Assembly (NCBI GenBank): GCA_051362555.1
Contig: CM120644.1
Location: 12,236,567-12,300,566, forward strand
Direction: 5' to 3'
DNA length: 64,000 nucleotides
DNA from: Lingula anatina
Taxonomy: Eukaryota > Animalia > Brachiopoda
The stretch's first letter is position 1; each line of letters opens with the position of its first letter. The notes under the pieces were generated by a model. That model was not told where the DNA came from. It searched no databases and saw only the letters and a program-made list of their open reading frames with translations. The position numbers were made by a program, and so were the translations under genes. Positions 25,549 to 37,478 of this stretch are shown piece after piece.

Positions 25549-28338
25549 ATGCCACCAAAACGTAAAAACGTGCCAAGCAAGAAAGATGAGAGTGAATCTG
25601 CAAAAGCCAAAAAGAAAATGAAAATATCAGGTGAAGTTATAAGTGTACACGTGTGTGAAAGATTGTGGATATAGAACATTAAAAAAAAACAAGTAAACTG
25701 CTTTTGCAAGGAGGGAAAAGATTCAGTGGATTCACTACCAGTAAAACTAACTAGTATGTGCTGTAGCATACAGAACATGCAACTACATGTATACTGGTAC
25801 AAATGCACATGTACAGTAGTACTGTATAACAGTGGCATTGCACACTCTCGGTTGTCACCTAGGACATACCACCTTCTGGTAATACTCAAAATTAATTCCA
25901 GGTTTAATCATCACTTCCATTTTATTATTATAAATAATTGTTTATCATTTTACTGTTTAAAATTATTATTCTTACAGTATGTGAGCAAGTGACTCAGCGA
26001 GTGGAGCAAACCTAACATACGGTGTTATGATAAAATCATCATTAATGCTTTATTTATATCTGTACTATGTAATTGTGTTGCTATCTATCTATTTATTTAT
26101 CTACTTATTTATTTGATGTAGTTAGATGTAAAGCCCATGATCTGATGATTGTACCTTATATGTGAAGGTGTTTATCAATAAAGAATTGTATGGATCATTG
26201 TTCCTAGGTTGAAAGGTAACTGAATAGCAAAACCTCATTACATAACTTCAGAATACCACATAAGTCTACAGTAATGCATAAACCCAGAAAACATTTTTAC
26301 AAGACTACAGGACATAATAAAGTCATGTAAATGTATAGCATGAAAATTCATGCGTTAGCACTCCAATTGATGATTCTGATATGTACTGTCTGTGCTAACA
26401 TGAATTTTCGTGCTAGAAAATGTATAGATAAAAAATAACAGTTTAAAATAGACAACTACTCAAAGATACATGGAATTAACATGAGTATTAAAGAAAGGAG
26501 GCTAAATACCACTTTAAACAATAATAAAAATTATCTTTTTATAAATATAATGTAGATTCCAAGAAAGGCGCCAAAGTTAAAACCAGTGAACCACCTCCCC
26601 ACAAGGACGAGAGTACGAAAATTACATCATCCAATCTTGATCTCTTACACTACTTGACTGAAGAATCATGGAGATCCCTCTTGAAAGAAGAGTTCAGCAA
26701 GGATTACTTCAAAAATCTGACTGCCCAGCTGAGTAGAGATTATGCAGCAGAAAAGGAAATCTTTCCACCAAGAGAACTCATCTTTAATGCACTGAATTCT
26801 ACTCCAGTAGATAAGGTGTGCCATAGTTTACTTTCTCAGCTTCTTTTTTAATCCCCTCTTCTTCATCCCTTGATCCTACTATCTCTCCCTCTGTTCTATT
26901 AAAAAGATTCTCTTTTCATGCACTAATGCATGGTTAGAATTCTATTGAGACAATTAGTTTTCTCTTTTTCCCCCTCTCTCTCTTTCTTTTCTCTCTCTCC
27001 TCTCTCTCCCCCCCCCCCCCCTCTCTCTCTCTCTCTTTATTCATGTAATCATACATTTCTTTGAAACAATATTTTACTATTTCAATATATTGCAGGTAAA
27101 AATCGTTATTCTTGGACAGGATCCATACCATGATAATGGACAGGTAAGCAATATGTCTGGGAAATGAGCTTCACCTTGGTTGAAAAATATTTTGCTACAT
27201 TTAAAATCAGAAGAGGAAAATTTTTGTCAGCTGTGTCTACAAAGGTAATCATGGGTGGCATCATTTAAGCACTTAAAGCACTCTTTATTTCAATCTCAAG
27301 AAATTATAGGATACTGATACAGTGTGTTTGATATAGACATTGTCAGCTTGACAATGACTTTTCTCATTATCATAAAAGTAGAGGGGTAAAATTTTATTTA
27401 CTATATTTTGTGACTGATGACTATTAAATGGCAAGAACATGCCTTATACAGCGGTCACAGAGAGATTGTTTTTCATGACATATTGATTCTTAGATATTTT
27501 TCTGGCTATTCATCAGCTGTGCACATTTCTGTACCATGTTCAGCTAAACATTTTGCACAACAATGACAACATCATTATTCTGATACCTGGTAGAGAGTAT
27601 GAATATATGCCTTCCATGTAGAAATGACAGAATTTATGTCATACACAAAGGCATATAGTTTTTGCAGATGGTAAGGGATTTCAGTTAAAATTCCAAAAGA
27701 TGGCCAGGAAAAACATAAATCAGTTGAAGGTGTACAGCGAGCTTTAAGGACAAACCATTCCAAATGTGTTTCATTTTCTGCGAGTGATTACCCCCATGTG
27801 CCAAAATTAAGCCGGCCTATACATTGTAATGAAAATGATATGTCTTAGTATCAACTTGTCTCTCTCTGTCTTTCTTTATCTTTCTTTTTGCAGGCCATGG
27901 GTATGGCATTTTCTGTCCCTCGTGACTTTCAGCCTGTCCCTCCATCTCTGAAGAATATGTACAAAGAGCTGGCTGTAGATATCCCAGGATTCCAAATTCC
28001 ATCCCATGGATCTCTGGAGACGTGGGAGCAGCGAGGGGTGTTGCTGCTAAATGCAACACTAACTGTGGAGTAAGATGAGGATTTCAGAGTTTGGCGATTG
28101 AGTTTTAAATTTGACCAAGTTTATCATCAATATTTTTCACTTAATGCATTTTATTTACTGACTGATTCCAAAACACGATAAATGAATAGAAAAATAAATT
28201 TCCCTTTTTCTCCTCAAGCATTTGGACCCACCAGTGTTGTAATTTTTTAAAAATTTTATTTGGAAGAGCCCATCAGCCTATATCCCACTCCTGATGGATG
28301 GCAAATGTTCGTTCACCTGCTCTATCATCACTCATATC

Positions 28339-28376
<38 letters not shown>

Positions 28377-28667
28377 TTTTCCAGGGCCCATCAGCCAAAC
28401 TCCCACTCCAAATATGGATGGCAGAAGTTCACTGACTCAGTCATCACTCACATCAGCCAGGATTGCCGCGGGGTGGTGTTTATCCTGTGGGGAGGTTTTG
28501 CACAGAAAAAGGAGAAATTAATCGATGACAGCAAGCACTGTGTTATAAAAGCAGCCCACCCCTCTCCTCTCAGCTTTAATAAATTCTTTGGCTGCAAATG
28601 TTTTTCTAAGGCTAATGATGCTCTTGTTAAAATGGGCCGTGATCCTGTGAATTGGAGTATTGTTTGA
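25549..28667 (+). CDS. UNG: Uracil-DNA glycosylase (family 1), 282 aa; exons 25549-25630, 26556-26815, 27096-27143, 27894-28069, 28385-28667
   Basis: Motifs [35 protein letters not shown]; basic NLS-like start MPPKRK. GT-AG introns with matching phases; 849 nt. Confidence 0.95.
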
Positions 28668-28940
28668 ACTGCTAGACAAAGGGTACAGTTTAGCACATGT
28701 ATTTGTGCAAAATAAGTACATGCACATGTTAGTTTGTGGTTGTGCATGTGCGCATGTAGGTGTTTGTGGTTTGTGGCCAGGAATTTAAAAGAGCAGCTCA
28801 TTTTCTTTAAAATTTGACTTTTTTCCGTCAGACCTACATGTGCATCAGGACAGGTCACATTTTGACTGCAAGTGGGCCTTTTCTCAGCCAAGTTTGGTTC
28901 TTCTGTCTACAGGCCTTATATGAAAGGAAGAGATTTACAC

Positions 28941-29155
28941 CCCATTTCCATAGATTAGATCGACCTACTTTAGATCGACCTAAATCCCTGGGGGTTCACG
29001 CTAAATAGCTGTCAGCTGGGCGGACACGAAAGTTAATTACCCCCTTACAGCTTGTAGTAGGCGGGATGGACATTTAAGTTGGATTATCTGAAAGTAATCT
29101 AGTGAGACTCCCCGCGGGGATAGATCGATCTAAAATCTATGGGAATAGAGCCTTA
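28941..29155 (+). mobile_element. ~220-bp MITE, copy 3, just downstream of the UNG stop
   Basis: Near-identical to 22205-22425. Confidence 0.8.
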
Positions 29156-30564
29156 GAGTAGGAGTGAAAAAGTGCCAATCTAAATTGTCATGTGTATTGT
29201 GTAAAGAAAATACACAAGTCCTGCAGTTATATATATATATATATATGAATGACTTAAAGATGCATACAAAGTCAATTTTTTGTCACAAAAACCAACCAAA
29301 TGCCAGCATATAGTTTCAAGTAGTATAACTAAGAGAATTACGAAAAGGCATTGTTTAATTTTACCCAAAAATGATGTTTGAACGGATTTTTCTGCTGGCA
29401 TTCTAAGCTGTATGTCAATGGGGCAGGAAAGTAGGTCACGAAAGTAGGTTAAATTTACAACCAAAAATTTAAAGAAAGGAGCAGTCTAAAGGTCTTTTAT
29501 GGCTGATCGAGTGATTTATCCACTTTATCCCTTGGCATGTCAAATTTATTTGAGTCATATAAGAATCTAATAGAAGTGGTTTACATGTGTTACTGGGAAT
29601 CCACGCTCCACCAATGCTCGGTTCGTATGTACCTTTAATGTGTTACAATATCTGTGCTGCTAAGCTATTAATAAACTATGGGCACATTCATATTCACAAA
29701 CCACACAAGCTGGGTCAGTCCAACTCTGCAGGGATTCTTGCTTATCAGCGCACAGTGGTTAATTTCCCCTCTAGCTGCTTGTCAGACAATTAAACTGGTT
29801 GCACTTTAGCCAGAATCCCCCCCTGTAGTGTTGGGTTGACCAAGCTAGTACATGTACACGTATGATATGTGAATCTGAGTGCAGTCTATGGTACACTGTT
29901 ATCAAGATCAAAATGTATTGTTACAAACTTAGTTTTAACCAACAGGATGTGATACTGTACTGTGATACTATACTGTTGAATGTGTATCAGTGAATGAGAT
30001 TGTAAAATATACTAACAGGACCACCTCGGATTGCAATTATCTAAAATGTATATGTATTAAGGTTGTCAATGTATGATGTTATTTGCCTTCCTCTGCTTCT
30101 TCATCCTTCAATTTTCCCACAGGGTATATTTATATCATTAGACATACCATATTGTTGTGACTTTTACAAATAGCATGTGAGGCATATATGTTTTTTGAAA
30201 AATATTATATAATATAATGGGTAAAATGGGGAGTTAAAAATTTTATTTAGGATATACAATGACTTTCATTTTGTAATTGATATTCATACAGTCCTTACCC
30301 GGAGCTTAAGATATGATGCAGGTCATCTTGTTAATTAAGGAACCTCTATTATTAGCCATCTTAGAGACAGGTAATTTGGTTTCTAATTCTTACTTGTGAA
30401 AAAGATATGAAGAGTATAATAATATTTGATAATATTAGATATTGTGCATATGTGATCAGTCAGCTAAGTTTTTTTTCATCAGTATCTGTAATTGCTGTTT
30501 GAATAGTATCCATAAATTGATCAAGTTGTGTAAAATGAGTTTTAAATATATTGTTGTTATATTG

Positions 30565-30603
<39 letters not shown>

Positions 30604-30778
30604 TACCAAGATCATGTGTATTACACGAAGAAAATTGTTATTTATGCTCATTAACTCAATGTTTTAAATTACTTCATATTGTTTATATGAATGTTTACTA
30701 CAAAAACATTTTCAGTAACATTTGTTTGCAATTGCAAATTTTTCTTTAATATGGAAATAAACCAAATTTGTCAAGTAG

Positions 30779-30938
30779 ACGCCCCGTATCTCGAAAGCAT
30801 CGCGCATTGCGACCGTGCGCAAGCCTCTCGATTCCATAACTCGCCCATACTCGCCCCTACTCGCCCCTTATAATACATTGTAGCCTCTATGTCATATCGC
30901 TATTCGAATACGCGATGCTTTCGAGATACGGGGCCCTG
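30779..30938. mobile_element. Palindromic MITE, same family as 39225-39376
   Basis: GCCCCGTATCTCGAAAGCATCGCG ... CGCGATGCTTTCGAGATACGGGGC. Confidence 0.75.
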
Positions 30939-31221
30939 GAAGTTTTGAAGGCACAGTTTTCGAAGACGTTAACTCATCAAAACATATTTTTATCTCGCTT
31001 TTACCATTATATCTCACTGAAAGCAAATCGGTTAAAAATTCTGCATAAAACTAATAGAAAATGTGTTGCCTGTGATCAATCTTTATTTTTCTTTTTGGAT
31101 ATAATTGCATTTTTCACATTCATGTAATTGCGCACCGTATTTAGAATATACACGTGTCTTATCCTCTAGCAGAAGACCGTTGCCTTAGGATGACAAACCG
31201 GCGGGTGGTGCTGATTTTGGC

Positions 31222-32177
31222 TCAATCCTCGGGGAGTAAAAGACCTGGGAAATTTAAATGGATAATGTACAGACATTGTTGAACATGCACGCGCGTCGCA
31301 TTTAAAGATAAAGATGTGTTTCCTCCTTTTAAAATTTTTGATTTTGATATTTAGTATAATATTAGTAGATGAGGTGATAACAAGATATAAACAGGGAAAG
31401 AGAGCGAGAGACGGATCAAGAGAAAAAGACCGAGAGAATTCAAGAGAGAGAGAGAGAGAGGGAATGGAAATGGAGTAAGGTACCATACCGGTTGGTGCTT
31501 CCCAGTTACAACCAACTGGGCCGTTTTCTGACGGCCCTTCAGCAGAATGGCATTTGCAGGAAAATGTTGCACTGTTTTCCCAGGTTATTATCTTGCCTTG
31601 ACGTCTATGGTCGATATACAAGCACACCTGTAAACATCAAGACACACACATTTGAAATGACTCATTTACACGCAACATGTCAAAATTCATTGCCTTGGTT
31701 AATTCAAGACATTTCTGACTTTCAGTTAAAACTGAAGATCATTTATTTATACATGCATTTATTTATTAATACAATTATTCATTCAATTGTTTGTTTGTTT
31801 GTTTATCTATTTATACAATACCAGAGAGAGAGAGAGAGAGCATCTACCTGAGCCATATCCTGACACCTGCCAATTCGATCCACTCTGTGTCCATGGAAAC
31901 CACCCTCTGGCAACCACTCGCATCCAGGAGGGCCATTTTCTCCTGGACCTTCCGACGAAAAGCAACGACAGGCTGAGGTGTAGCCAATATGGTCAATTGT
32001 CAAGGTAGTCCCAGTGACATTAATGTAACGACAGATATCTTCAGTGCTGTCACACATTCGTCCCGGTCTGCCCCTGTGTCCCTTGTGACCACCGTGGTGA
32101 CCGCCACCTCTGCGTGCAGACGCCAGTTCCCCGCCAAAAATTAGGCAGAAACAGACTAGGAACAAAACGCGCGACAT
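31222..32177 (-). CDS. Small secreted Cys-rich protein A, ~163 aa; exons 32177-31848, 31627-31489, 31244-31222
   Basis: Signal-peptide-like MSRVLFLVCFCLIFGGELASA, Gly/His/Arg-rich segment, two modules C-x6-C-x20/21-CxC-x13-C-x-W. GT-AG introns are conserved with paralogue B. TATA-like TATATAAA on the - strand near 32260. Confidence 0.8.
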
Positions 32178-32744
32178 GTCGATCGGCTGTTGACTGTTTC
32201 CGTGAATAGAATCGGCGTGAAGGATTTGGTTGAAAAAATGTAGCCTTCGTGGATGATTTTATATACTCGAAGCGTATTTCCTGCTAGGGAGGTCGTCACG
32301 TTTTTACATAAAGTCTATTTAGAATAATGTAATGTGCAATTAGGGATATAAATTAATAGTTAATTTCAGTGTTAGGATAATGGATTAAAAGGAAATTACT
32401 TTTTGTTCGTAATAAAGAGTGGCCTTGGTTGGATAATACATTAATACAGAAAGTTTTCACCTCAACCCTTGGTCTTGCATATATGTTTAATTTTCTTAGA
32501 AATAATGGCAACAAAAAACCTGACTTCAGGTCTCTTAAATATGGCTACCTCAACAGAATTCAGAACAAAGCAGGCAAAAATAAATGACAGACACGCAGAA
32601 TTTTAGAAAAAATTTGCTATACTGTAGTTCCCTATCATCTGTGATATTTCTAGGGCTTTTTTTTGCGTTTTAATCTCGGATGTAGCGGGGATAAAAACGT
32701 TGTTTACTGCACTATAAATAACAGGGTGGTCACATGTGCAGGCT

Positions 32745-34442
32745 CTTTTCAGCCCCTTGTTTAATTGATAATTGATTGCAATAGCAATACAGATGTAATT
32801 TATGACTTCCCAAATCGTCATAATATTATAGGATAATTCTCAATGCCGGAATACTGTGATTATCATGATTGTATTTATTCCATTAAGAAAAAAAGTACTT
32901 ACTCGATATGTCAGGCTCACTATTAGTCAAATGACGAGAAAATTCCATATTATGCCTGACTTGGTCTCCAAACTGGTATTTTAAGCATAGGAATGATAAG
33001 TCGATTATCTTTATCTCTAACATGTCTTGTGTCTCAAGGTTTTCACATCAGTGAGAGTTTGATAATTGAAAATATTAGATGAAATGTTTACTATGAGCGT
33101 TTGAAAATGTTCCAAAGTCATATAATCTATGCCTATATATCCTGCAGAGTTCCTTATCCTTCCCAGTTCAAGACTAAAATATTCCAAATGGATTATTCTG
33201 ACAGGATACCGGTACCCTCCGACAGGGTCCCTCTGCAGAAAATTGACAAAAACTCTTTTATTTTATTTTGTAAGAATTGGTCGGATACCTGTTATTCTTG
33301 TGGCTATTAATAAACTATAGGCACATTCAGATTCACACATCACACAAGCTGGGTCAGTCCAACTCTGCAGGGATTTTTGCTAATCAGGACACGATTAATT
33401 TTCCCCTGAGGCGTGTCAGACAGTTAAGCTGATTGCACTTTAGCCAGAATCCACCCCTCTGCAACGTTGGATTGACCCAGCTAGTACATGTATGATGTGT
33501 GTATATATCTTTCCAGCCCCTTGAATGAAATTTGACATTAAATGATAATTCTTAATGCCGGAGTACTGTGGTTATCATGATAATATTTATTCCATACAGA
33601 AGAAAAAAGTACTTACTCGAAATGTCAGGATTACTATTAGGCTGTAGTAGTCGAATTTCGAGAAAATTCCATATTATGCTTGACTTGGTATTTTAAGCAT
33701 AGGAATGATAACCCGATTGTCTTTTATCTCTAACATGTCTTGTGTCTCAAGGTTTTCACATCGGTGAGAGTTGAAAATTTTAAAATATTAGATGAAAGGT
33801 ATACTGTGAGCGTTTGAAATAATGAATTAAAAGAATTAAAAGAGACAGATCGTTCAAAATATTTGTGGGAATGGTCCCTTATCCTCTAGCAGAAGACCGT
33901 TGCCTGATGAAGATAAACCGGCGGGTGGTGCTGATTTTGGATCAATCCCCGGGATTTAAAAGACCTGGGAAATGTAAATTGGTAAAGCACAGACATCGTT
34001 GAACATGCATGCGCGTCTCATTCAAAGATAAAGATTTCACATTTTAACAATTTTAATATTTAGTATAATATTAGTAGATGACTTGATAACAGAAGATATA
34101 AACAGAGAAAGAGATCGAGAGACAGATCAAGAGAAAGAGATCAATAGAGAGAGAGAGAGAGAGAAAATGGAAACTGGAGTAAGGACCATACCAGTGGTGC
34201 TTCCCAGTTACATCCAACTGGGCCGTCTTCTGACGGTCCTTCAGCAGAATGGCATTTGCAGGAAAATGTCGCACTGTTTTTCCAGGTTATTATGGTGCCT
34301 TCACGCCTGGGGTCGATAAACAAGCATACCTGTAAACACAAACATTTGAGGCGACTCATTTACAGGCAAAGTGTCAAAAAACATAGCCTTGGTCAATTCA
34401 TAGCATTTCTGACTTCAATTAAAAAAAAAACTGTAGATCATT

Positions 34443-34485
<43 letters not shown>

Positions 34486-37180
34486 TACAATTATACATTG
34501 GGTTGTTTCTTTGTTTATCTATTTATACAATACCAATGCGACTTTAAGCATTAGTATACTAGTAAGTTGCATTGGTGGATATAGGGGTTGGTGGTGGCCG
34601 GGGGGGGGGGTACTGCCCTCCTCCCTTCGATTTCCGAAAAAAGTTACACCAATGGTTCCCTTTTGAAATTAGAATTTTGACTAGCTGAATCATAATAGTT
34701 CTAAACCGTTTCAAATGGCACCGTTCGCCCTCTAAAATACCCAAAAAATTGGGGGCCTTTAAGCAGGCCCCAAACCCTGCACTAAGGGGGGAGGGGGTCG
34801 GCTTCGTATCCGCAGACCCCTCCTTCAAATAATCCTTGATTGTGTGTTGCCATTGATTACATTAAAATTTAACATTAAAAACCAGTATGAAATGTGGGAA
34901 CAAACCATCGGTGGTCTTTTCTCTGGACACATCGACTCTATACCACAGGTGCTGGAGAGAGAAAGAGAGAGGGAGAGAGAGAGAGAGAGAGCATCTACCT
35001 GATCCATATCGCGACACCTCCCAACTTGATCCGCGTGTCCATGGGCACCACCCTCTGGCTCCCAGTCGCATCCAGGTGGGCTATCTTCTCCGGGACCTTC
35101 CGACGAAAAGCAGCGGCACTTTTCGGTGAAGGTAATATGGTCAATTGTTATGACAAGCCCAGTGACATTAAAGTAACGACAGATATCTGAAATGCTGTCA
35201 CACATGCGTCCCGGTCTGTCATCTATGCGTGCAGACCCCAGTTCCCCGCCAAAAATGAGGCAAATTAAACAGACTAGGAGTATAACGCGCGACATGTCGA
35301 TCGGTTGTTGACTGTTTCCGTGAATGGAGTCAGTGTGAAGAATTTTTCTGAAAAATGTAGCTTTCTTCTCTGCTTTTATTTAATTTCAGCGAATTTCATG
35401 CCAGGGCAGTTACGTTTTTTACATGATGTCTATTTAGAATTGTGAAATGGGCAATAAGGGATATAAATTTATAGTTAATGTCAGTGTTAGGATAATTGCT
35501 TAAAAGGAAATTACTTTTTGTTTGTATTGTTGTAAACTTACAATTTCACAAATTTCAGGTAATTATTTAAGAGTAATATGATAGGGAGTTATTGAGTGTA
35601 AGATAAGATTCCTCTAAAAGAGTCAACAATTGCAGAAATTGTTTTCATGGTTGGAAAAGATGGAACATGTCAAAGTCATATAATTCGATCTGATTGGTTT
35701 ATTTCTCAATAGACTTGCAAGTTTCTGACACTTGTAAAACACATACAAACTTAGGTTGTATATGGTCCAAGCAGGAGTAATTCAAATAATATTCTTAATA
35801 TTTTAAATCGAAAACAAGTCTCTTGGAGATTGCCTAATAAGGAAATGTTGAATGGAGGAATGCAACATGAGAATGGAAAATTCCTTGTAATCAAGCAAAG
35901 ACAATGGAAAGAAAACAAGTAAATGCATGCTCAGTACAGAAAAATAGAGTATAAATACTTGTAAATTTGTAGAGAGTTGGTGAATAAATGTTTGAACGCA
36001 CTAGATTGTCGTTATTGTCACTATAAAATGAATAAAGAGTGACCTTGGTTGGATAATACAAGCATACAAAAAGGTCTCGCCTCAACCCTTGGTCTTGCAC
36101 ATGTTTAGTTTTCTTAGAAATAATAACACCAAAAAACTTGATTTCAAGTGTCTTTAATATATCTTCCTCAATAGAGTTTAGAACAAAGCAATATGCTGGG
36201 TCGTTGGCAAATGTAAATGACAGGCACGCGGAATTTTTGAATAATTTTTTTCGGTGTTAGGATAATTGCATAAAGGAAATAACTTTTTGTTCGTAATGTT
36301 TTAAAGTTAATGGCTTACACTTTCATTAATTTCAGGTAATTATGTAAGAGGAAACAAATGAGTAAAATGATAGGGTGTTATTGAGTGTAAGTTAAAATTT
36401 CTCCAAGAGTCAACAAGTGTAGAAATTGTTTTCGTTTTAGGAAAAAATGGAGCACTCAGAATTTTTGAAAAAAAAAAATTTTTATAGTTCCCTATCATCT
36501 GTAAAAATATGAAGTACATGGGTAAGCGTAAACATATATTAAAATACACGTTTCTTATCCTCTTATATTTCCCAATTCAGACCCTACAACGATAAAAGTC
36601 GTTTTGTATTGGCGGATTCACTGACTGACCATGCTTTTCGAACTAAATTATATATATTTAATCGGAAATTATAGAAAACATCGAATGCACACGCAGGGAC
36701 GGGTCAAGCAAATATTCTTGAGCAGGAAACATTGTAATTTTTTTCCAGGTGATTTCTTTGCGTGTTAATCTCGGTTTGGATACCTTTAAACTGCATTTGC
36801 CAGGATTGAAACGTTGAGTACTGCACTATGAATTACAAGAGGGTGGTAGTAGGATCTTTCCAGCCCCTTGAATGAAATTTGACATTAAATGATTTCTTAA
36901 TGCCGGAGTACTGTGATTTATTCCATACAGAAGAAAAAAGTACTTACTCGAAATGTTAGGATTACTATTAGGCTGTAGCAGTCGAATTTCGAGAAAATTC
37001 CATATTATGCTTGACTTGTTCTCCAAATTGGTATTTTAAGCATAGGAATGATAGCTCGATTATCTTTTATCTCTAACATGTCTTGTGTATCAAGGTTTTC
37101 ACGTCGGTGAGAGTTGAAAAATTGAAAATATTAGATGAAAGGTATACTGTGAACGTTTGAAATAATGAATTAAAAGAATT
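32745..37180. repeat. Mosaic local duplications around the secreted-protein pair (a ~330-bp block at ~32745-33105, ~33510-33840, ~36858-37180; promoter-side blocks duplicated at ~32330-32640 and ~35440-36500)
   Basis: Shared strings such as AATGCCGGA.TACTGTG, GAGAAAATTCCATATTATGC and TCTCTAACATGTCTTGTGT.TCAAGGTTTTCAC. Confidence 0.8.
33956..35295 (-). CDS. Small secreted Cys-rich protein B, ~147 aa, tandem paralogue of A; exons 35295-34999, 34329-34192, 33964-33956
   Basis: MSRVILLVCLICLIFGGELGSA signal-like N-terminus, the same 10 mature Cys and the same splice sites. Exon 2 is 1 nt shorter than in A, so the last exon reads VF*. Confidence 0.75.
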
Positions 37181-37335
37181 CACCTTGTTTTCCTCAAACT
37201 CAAACGTTTACGTTATATTTACGTTATATAATGAGAAAAGGATTGAAAAGTGAAAAACACTCACAAAGGACAAAAACTGGATAGTCATTTAATTGCATGT
37301 TGTTTCTTATATGTAGGCCTACATCGTGGTCATTG

Positions 37336-37478
37336 TCTACCGTCTACCAGGGCCGCAGTTATTATTGTGGACATTTTTTGCTGAGGCGACATCAGACCAA
37401 AAATGACTGTCTATTTATCCAAGGACATATCTTTGAATATCTGTCAAAAATCAATCTGTAGCCCTGGTAGAGGGTAGT
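37336..37478. mobile_element. Small inverted-repeat element (MITE-like)
   Basis: CTACCGTCTACCAGGGCCGCAG ... CTGTAGCCCTGGTAGAGGGTAG. Confidence 0.6.

Noticed and set aside
28260-28384. Poly-Tyr/poly-Ile N-terminus of ORFs 28260 and 28294
   Set aside because: An intronic (TAT)n microsatellite; the true acceptor is at 28384.
31166-31488. C-terminal half of ORF 31166-31627
   Set aside because: Reads through a (CT)n-containing intron; the paralogue conserves the splice sites but not this frame.
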